Below, one piece after another: positions 1-8,600 of a DNA stretch of 11,951 nucleotides. A program made the position numbers and the translations under genes. This DNA is from Myxococcota bacterium (lineage in GTDB: Bacteria > Myxococcota > SpSt-1050). The stretch covers positions 1 to 11,951 of the forward strand of contig JBMFOP010000092.1 in the NCBI GenBank assembly GCA_049969675.1, written 5' to 3'. Within the stretch, counting starts at the first letter, position 1. Each line of letters starts with the position of its first letter. A model generated the notes under the pieces. It worked only from the letters and a program-made list of their open reading frames with translations, searched no databases and was not told where the DNA came from.

Positions 1-2610
1 CACAACAGTGTATTAAGAGAGGTATCCTTTAAGAGTGAGAAGTCATCTACATATGAACGTTTCAGAGCCAACTTTTCTATAATCTCAAATCCATAAGGCA
101 GTTCAAATACTGGAATAATACTGAAGATATGAGAGTAACTCAGATACCTTGCGTTCAGGAGGTAGTCATATCTCTCTTCCAGAACATTTGAGAATTTGAG
201 GAAGAGATTTACCCAATCAAAGTCCCTCGGTCTTAATGCGAGTCCGATACTATTCTCATTAAATCTATATTCATCCACATCGTGTTTTAGATTTCTTACA
301 TTTAAGTAATGCCCTGAAAGTGAGAGGCTCAAATCTCTATTCAACCCCCACATCAGTGCGACCCTCAATAGATATTGAAATCTATCCTCTCCATTAGCCT
401 TCTCATCATTATTGTCATATCTAAATTCTGCAAATACGGACCCCTTTATATTCTTTAACTTCACATACTCTATTGAACCTGAAATAACATCTCTTCTATT
501 ATCACCGAGTGCAAAGCCAAGCGGATAATTCAGACCCATATAATCGTAAATCAGGCTACTATTTATACTCAACTTCTGTGTATATGAATACCCATATAGG
601 GGACCTTTTCTCTGCTGACTCTCATTATAATTTTGAATAATCTGAAGATTTGGATCCATCTGAATATTCGGCTCAGAATAGTTATAGGTCATCTCACCAT
701 CTGATACCACCTCCGTATGCTCATAATTTATCATTGCATTCAACCCATCGGAAATGGCAAATCTACCCTTTGTACCAAGAATAGCCCTTGAGTTGAGTTG
801 ATTGGTCATTGTATCTACCTGATACTCTCCATAAGAGCTTATACCGTTTGAGAGCTGTTCCTCTGCTCCAAGAATTGATGTGGCAATAAATTGATTATTA
901 AAACTACCTACCCTCTCACCAAAATAGATACTCCCTGTCTCTGAAAATGGGGTTCGGGCTGAGAGCTGGGTGTAGTTATCCATATTAAATCTCAAGGTAT
1001 CCGAGAGTGTTAGATATAATTTCGGCTTAACCCTATATGTGCCTCCAAGAGTCAAATAGAGTCTATCCTCAATTGATTCAAACTCATCTCTATCACCAAA
1101 GAATACAGAATGCATTGAACCAAATATATTTATCCTCTGAGTCAATTTATAGTTTGCCCCTGCCCCCAGAATGTCTGTGCCATACTGCTTATTTATTAGA
1201 GTGGTATTAAAATCAGAGTATGAATAGATATTTTCACCTAATAGCTCAACCCTTTCATTAAGCCTATACCTTAATTTCTGCTGGGTTGTATATATTGAGA
1301 TATCTCCCATACTCTCAAATGTGCTCATTGATAGAGGTTCAATGAAATGGACATATAGATTGCCAGAGGCACTTAATCTATCAGAGATATCTTTTGAGAG
1401 TTCCAATCCGGAGGATCTGATGCCCTGATTTATCATAGTGTTCGCACCTGCAAAGTATGGGGTATTCATCCTGAAGAAGAGTCTGTAAGAGACTATCTTC
1501 TCATCCTTTAAGAAGAGATCCGAGATATCTCCTCTCGTCTCGAGTAAGATTGAGTAGCCATCCCTGTTTTCAACAGATAATGCCCTGCCACTTATTCCTC
1601 CATCCTGCGAAAAGAGGTAATCCGAATATGCGTATTTACTCACTGCAAACTCCCCCTTGACTGATGAGAATTTCAGATATCTCATAGATAGACCAAGGCT
1701 ATAGAGTCTGTATCTGGTATCTCCATTTTCAAACTCATTCACAATCCCACCACCTATATCCAATCTCCTATCAAAATTCTCCTTTGTATATAGACCTATT
1801 GAATAGTTCTCGTCTGATGAGAGGCTGAAATAGTCATATTCAGCAATTATATAGACAACACCGGATGGATTCCCGCTCATCTTTATTGAGGATGGTGTAT
1901 CTATATACGAATTTAGAGGTTGATTTAATATCAGTGTCCCGGTGGTATAATTAATTGTATAATCAATGTATCTCGCAAGTATTCTATCGGATATAACATC
2001 TTGGGTCATAGAATCTCTAACTATTACACGGATATTTTCAGAGCCATTAATTATATCAGAGACCCCGAGGAAGTATACAGAGCCACCGGTCGCCTTCAGG
2101 ATTGTCCTCTTATGCCTTGAATAATCTACAGGTATTCCAGCAAATAATCTTGAATAGTTGGAAGTGTGGTATCTCTCAAAGTCATTATCAAGCGTAAGAC
2201 TCAGTCCATATAATTGCTTTTCATATCTAAACTGCTCAACTCCGCCAATCTGTGAATTGAAATTTCCAAAGAGCAGTCTGTTCCTATCTGCATCAATTCG
2301 CAAATAGAATTTATCAATGGAATTTACATCTTTGATAATAGTTGAACTATCCCCAAAAGTCGGGAAGTACATATAATCAGCAAACCGATTTTCAAGGAGG
2401 ATATATTCGCGCTCCCTCATCTTTGAGGTATCAAAGTGGAGTGTTATATCAATATCCTTAAAGCCAAATTTGTTATAGAGATGATGTTTTGCGTAGATAA
2501 CAGCCTTTCCATCAAATCCAAATCCACCTGCTGTTATATGAGTGGACGGCAGATATCCATCGGGGTAAAAATCCGAGTTAGATACAAGGGTGGTTGCATA
2601 ACCAAGGACA
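1..2610 (-). other. Large outer-membrane beta-barrel-like region (incomplete, >860 aa)
   Basis: Long run of amphipathic strands rich in Gly and aromatic residues with short turns, e.g. ILGAGANYKLTQRINIFGSM, YLTLGGTYRVKPKLYLTLSDT, SSYGEYQV, AILGTKGRFAISDGLNAMINYE, ISGSIEYV, SIGLALRP. No long hydrophobic helices. Confidence 0.72.
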
Positions 2611-5600
2611 AATGGAGCCCCTGGGACCCTCTCAATTTCATAGAAGACAGAGGCAGTTCTATTGTCCGGGGCAATGAGGTCCAATACAATCTTATTCTTG
2701 CCCATCTCAAGTGGAATCTCATATCTGAATCTCCCACTATCGGTCTTTATCTCAATATTTTTATAAAACAATTTATACCCTGAGAGTATCTGCCCTGTTA
2801 TAAGCAGACGCCCGGATTCGGTCATCTTCACATTGGGTAGATTGATAATATTTTGAGCCGAATCTTTTAATTCACCCTTTTGAGATACAAATGAATCTTT
2901 GACCTCCAGGACAGATACCTTATCATTACTCTTCAATATCTGCCCCTGTGAATCCCCTTTTATAAGATTTATATCTGGCTGCTGCCCTTTTACATTTAAA
3001 TCCTTACCTACCACATCCAAACCCCTCTTCTCTTCTGCCTCTGCCATCACCCTGACATCCGATGATACCTTATAGAATTCGTTCTTAAGGATTGTCTTCC
3101 TCTCAAATCTGCAATCAAGCGGGAAATCTATCTTTGCAGGGAGCCCATTTGTAAAATAGATATCCACATTCTCCACAACAGGGCTCATACCCACAGGGAG
3201 TGAAGAGCCATCAATCTTAATCATATGATATCCCGAATCCAGAACAGGAAAATGATATAGACCATCAACATCCGATATAGCAATAAATCCAGTATCCAGC
3301 ATTATTCTGGCAGAGGATATGACCATCTCCTCCGGATCAAATTTATTATTATTATTCTCGTCGCAGAAGACCCGACCAAAGACCATTGAATTCTCAAAGT
3401 CATAATCCTTCTGAAGAAGGATTGAGTTGTAAGCGGATTTTACAACAAAGTTGGTATCCTCAAAGAGTGTCGCACGATTGTTGAGCCTCACCACATTTGT
3501 ATCAAATGTAGCATATGCCAGATATTTGATTACCCTCGTCTCCTGAGAGGGGACTTCAAAGGTATCAGTTGTAAAAAGCATCTTTGATTTGACCTTCTCT
3601 GCCCTCACCTTCAGATTGAAGAGGGGACTGATTTTATTATCTTTATATGAGGCGACTGCAAACTCCTTTGACTTAATAATAAGACCGTTATCAGGTTCAT
3701 CTGTTATGAAAAATCTCAACGATTTGCCAGTTCCGTTCTTGATAAACAACGAATATTCTACAAGCTCACCCTTCTTTGTAACACTTTTATTGGAACTCTT
3801 GTAGAATGTAATAAGTGAACCGGCAGAGTCAAGAGGGAGATTATTATTTATAAGTCTTGGTGGAGAACTATCTGAGGTTGAGAAATCTATCTTCGTCAGG
3901 TATCTCTTCTTTTCAAGAATCTCTGGATAGAAATCGTCTGATACATAACCCTTCTCATCAATCGTAATTGAATCGTCTGGTGGTATTACAACAGACGGGA
4001 ATATAAATGAACCGTCTGGGCTCTTTGCACCAATCTCATAACTCCTCTTCTCAAATTCAAAATAGTAGATACCATATTTGTCAGTTATAAACTCCTTTTT
4101 ATATCCACTTTTATCAGTAAGTGTTACCAGAATATTTTCAAGAGGGAGATAATTTTCGGAGGAATATACAGCCCCTGTGGGGATAATTGCGAACTCTACA
4201 TTTGCAAGAGAGCCCTCAGAGAGGTCAACATCTTTTGTCCCAATAAGATAACCGTTCTCATTATAGGCCTTCAATCTATATTTTGCAGGAGAGAGATTTA
4301 GTAATACAAATTTCCCATTTTCATCAGTGAGAATCCTCTCAGCCGCAGTAAATTTCGGTGGAGGTCTCAATCTATTCTCATCAGAAGTTATATCCTCCGC
4401 CTTTATACTATATCCTTTAAGGAGGATGTCCTTCCCATATTTAAAATTCTTTTCGTCTCTATCCATCTTTCTAAATAAAATCCCCTGAATTGAGACACTC
4501 CCTACCGCCCCACCTACAGTCAATCTAACGGTGTTAGATTCAAACCGTTTATTATCTTTTGTATAGAGATATGCCTTGTTCTCAATCACATCTCCACTCT
4601 TTGCATCCTTTTTGACCTTTACATTAAATGTAATATCTACTCCCTGGGCGGAACCACTTCCAAACTTCAGATTCTTTATAATTATCAGTCCGTTATTATA
4701 TCTACCGGCAGGTGGAGGGACATAATTGAACTCCACCCCATCTGGAAGGATGATATCTGACCTGTTGCCGGAGAACTGTACATACTGCGGGATGTCGTCC
4801 ATAAAAGTCACATCCTCTGTTGTGCTATTCCCCTGACTCGTAATGGATATCCTGAAGCCAATTCTATCCAGAGGCTCAATCAGACCACCATTTATATCTG
4901 ATGCCATCTTATAGAGTTCAAAATAGTTCTGTGGGAGTTCACAGGTGGCTACAAATGTCTTCTGAATGCCATTTGAGGGGTCCTGATCATAATCACTCAG
5001 GACCTTACCATTGTCATAAACCAGTTCAGCCTGATTCAAAAATCCCCCACAGACATTTACAACTGCATCAAAGGTTATTAAGACCTCGCTCTGAGCTGGA
5101 AGATTTTTTATGACGAATCTATTTGTTATCTGGTTATTGACCGTGATTATTTCACCCTCATCAGAATCCACCTCATCTGTGAGAGACCTGGCCTGTCCAT
5201 TGATTGTGAGTTTCATTGTATTTGCCAGATAGCTCGCCTGCGTCGGCAATATATCTGTAATCTCAACACTCTTTGCCTCGGCATACCCTTCATTCTTAAA
5301 TCTGAGATAAAATCTGATATTATCCCCGATATCAGCAATAGAATTTCCATTCTTATCTAAACTGATTGAATATTCTTTAATAAATTTAGTGATAAGTGGT
5401 CTCTCCCCAACTGGAATCTGCACCTCCGGTATTAGATACTCTCCACCCCTATAAGTAATCTTTGCCCCATTCTTCATTACACTTACACCCTTTGGTACAA
5501 TGGCAGCGAATTCTACCTGCACCATATTCTTCTCCACACCACCACTTGCTGTAGTATCCACCACACCCTCTGAAGTTGAAGGTGTACCATATTTAAGAGA

Positions 5601-8600
5601 AGATATTAAAAGTCCACTCTCAAGTGGTGAGCGCCCATCTATATCATTGATGGTACTCCCATTTAATTTTGTGCTCCCCTTTACATACTCCCACCCATAT
5701 CTGGATATCTCATCAAAGAGTCTTGTATCTGTGGATGCCACATCTCCAGAATTTATGATTGTAATCAGAAAATCTACTCTATCACCATATTTTACAGGTT
5801 GGCTTTTGAGGATATACTCCTTCTTTGAAGAACCAAAGTAAGGACCATTAAATCTTTTCACAGTCACGACTGTGGGGTCATTCTTTGGCTGTGTCCTTGT
5901 ATCATCACTTATGTAAATTATAGATGAGTTCTTACAATTAAGTGTCGCCTGATTTGTAATCTTTGTATCAGATGTCAGTTCAGCCTTCACCTTCACCTTA
6001 TACCAGAATTCAACCTTCTCGCCCTTCTTAAGACTCTTCAAGAGAGTAGATGTAGTATAGCTAAATTTTACCCTATTCTGGTCAATCTGACCACTATTAT
6101 CTACCGCCACAAGAGTCAACTTTGAATCATCTATTATATCTTCAATCTCAATATTTACTGCCTCTATATCAGCATTGTTTGTTATCTGAAGTTTGTAGAT
6201 ATACTCCTCATCAGGTGAGACATAATCATTTAATTGAATGACTCTACCGTCAACCCTGTATGGAAGCTTTGTAATAGAAATATCGGGGCGATTTATTACC
6301 TTAACTGATGTCTTATTGATTCCATCTGATTTATCCACATTGTTATCACTCAGGACCTCAGACGAATTTGAGGCTATAAGTCTGCTCTGATTTAGAAGCA
6401 GTGTCCCATCCGGGATATCTGATTTGAGCCTCACAGAAAAGTCGTATCGCTTATAATACTGCGGGGCGATTCCGAGTGATTGTAAATTAAATGTAAGTGT
6501 GTGCAGAGCAGGGTCGTATATCCCTTCGTTTGCCTGAACATCAGAGATATACTGAGACATATCCGCAAAATCATCTTTTACAACAATATCTTCGGCATAA
6601 TCAGTCCCGTTATTCAGTATCAGTATGCTATAATTGATAGTCCCGCCAGGGGCCACCTCTTCTACATCAGCCTTCTTAATCATATAGATATCCGGACTGC
6701 TCTTTACCTTAATCTCCGTTGGGTCATCTATGAGAGTGGTATCGGGGTCATCCGAGGGCAATCTCCCTCTATAGTTTGACGCCTCAATATATGCCTGATT
6801 GCGGATGATGGTGCCATTCTTTATTGGACTCTTTATCTTGGCCTCTATTGTTATAGCAGCCAGATCTTTAAGGCTCTTCTGACTGATTGTAAATGTGTTA
6901 CCCGATATCTTACCGCCGGTGGCAGATAGAAGAATCAGTTCATCCGGGAATATATCAGTAATAACCGCATCGCAGAGGGGGATATCATCGGTCCTGTACG
7001 AAAGTTCATATATTACTTTCTCCTGTGGCACTGGCTCCCTTCTTGATAAAAGCCTCTTGGAAAATACCCCCTTTTTTGCAATATTATCTATTGGAAGCTC
7101 AAGTATATTTGACCTCTGTGCAGTCTGAATCTCTCGTGAGGTTACCTCTGCATAATTGACAATCTTACCAGAGACACACTCCTTCACCTTCACCTTAAAC
7201 GATACAGTCTTCCTGTTTGACTCTCCAGTATCAAGAGATGGGATATTCCATACCAGATGTGAACCCGAGAGAAATCCCCCATTATCTATCTCAAGTATCT
7301 CATATCTATCCTTATCTACATAGTCCGTCAATACGACATCATTTGCAACGGCATTGCCGGTATTTATTGCCTCAATAAAAAATCTAAATACAGAGTACGG
7401 TCTTACCGTGCCATTGATATCTGCCCCATTCTCATCCCTCGCCTTCTTTGTGAGCACAATAAAAGGAGAAGAGGAGATTGTAATTATCAATGGATCCGGA
7501 GAGAGAGGTGTATCGGGGTCATCACTCAAAATCTCCTTTGTCTGGTCAGATGTTATCCTTGCCTGATTCTGTATCTTCGCCCCGTTTTCAAGTGGACTTC
7601 TAATCTTCCCCTTAAAAGAGAGGGTCCGGCTCTCATTGGGATTTAATGCCGGAATATTCCATATAATCTCATTCCCGCTCCTGTATCCACCATCTGATAT
7701 ATCACTTACCTCCACTATCCTTGCATCAAGCGGGTCTACAATCTTTACATTCGTTGCAGTGGCAGGTCCAGAATTTTTCACCATTATACCAAATACGAGA
7801 GTATCCCCAGCATTCGCATTGTGAGTCCTCTTTGCATAATCCCCATCATAAGAGGCATATTTATAGGTATTTGTCAGATTTGGCTCATCATAGAGATAAA
7901 TATTTACTGTATCTGTATTCTTCGTATAGGTCTGCGAGGCAATTACCGTTGCAAAATTTGGAATAACTGTATTTGGCTTTGTCGGTGGCCTGACCTCAGC
8001 CCTGAATACAAATGTCTTCTTCTCCTGATAATTTAGAATCGGGATATTCCAGTTTATTGTCTGATTTGCATCTACAAATCCACCCGGTGTAACAATTTCT
8101 ATATTCTTTAAGAGTTTTGAGACACTATCTGTAAGGACAATATTCCTAAGAGGACCATACGAATCATTTTCAAACTCTATTGTAAATGTAACCACATCCC
8201 CACCATGAGCCCATATACTCTTCTGACCGTTCACAAACTTCAAGGCATTTTTGATTTGAGGATTGAACCTGACTGTGATATCTGTGCTATCTCCGAGTAT
8301 TGATGTTGTAGGGTCATCTGAGAATATCTTCTTTATATCCTGTGAGTAGAGAGTCGCCTGATTTTTCACAACTGTATTGTTCTCCAAAGGGATCTTTATA
8401 GTTGCAGAGAATTTGAGAGTTCGGGTGATGCCGACCCCGATATCCAGATATTCCCATATAATCTTATTCTGAGAGTATCTTCCCCCATCAGAGATAGTAG
8501 ATACATCTACATTCAGGTTTGAATCAATGGCATCTTCAATCACCACATTATTTGCTGCACCATTTCCGGTGTTCTTTATCACAATATAATAGTCCACCTT

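Noticed and set aside
5984..7523. Short exact DNA repeats: ccttcaccttcacctta (5984-6000 and 7181-7197) and gtatcggggtcatc (6739-6752 and 7510-7523)
   Set aside because: They encode the conserved peptides KVKVK and DDPDT of the protein repeats. They are too short and irregularly spaced for CRISPR, DGR template/variable pairs or recombination cassettes.
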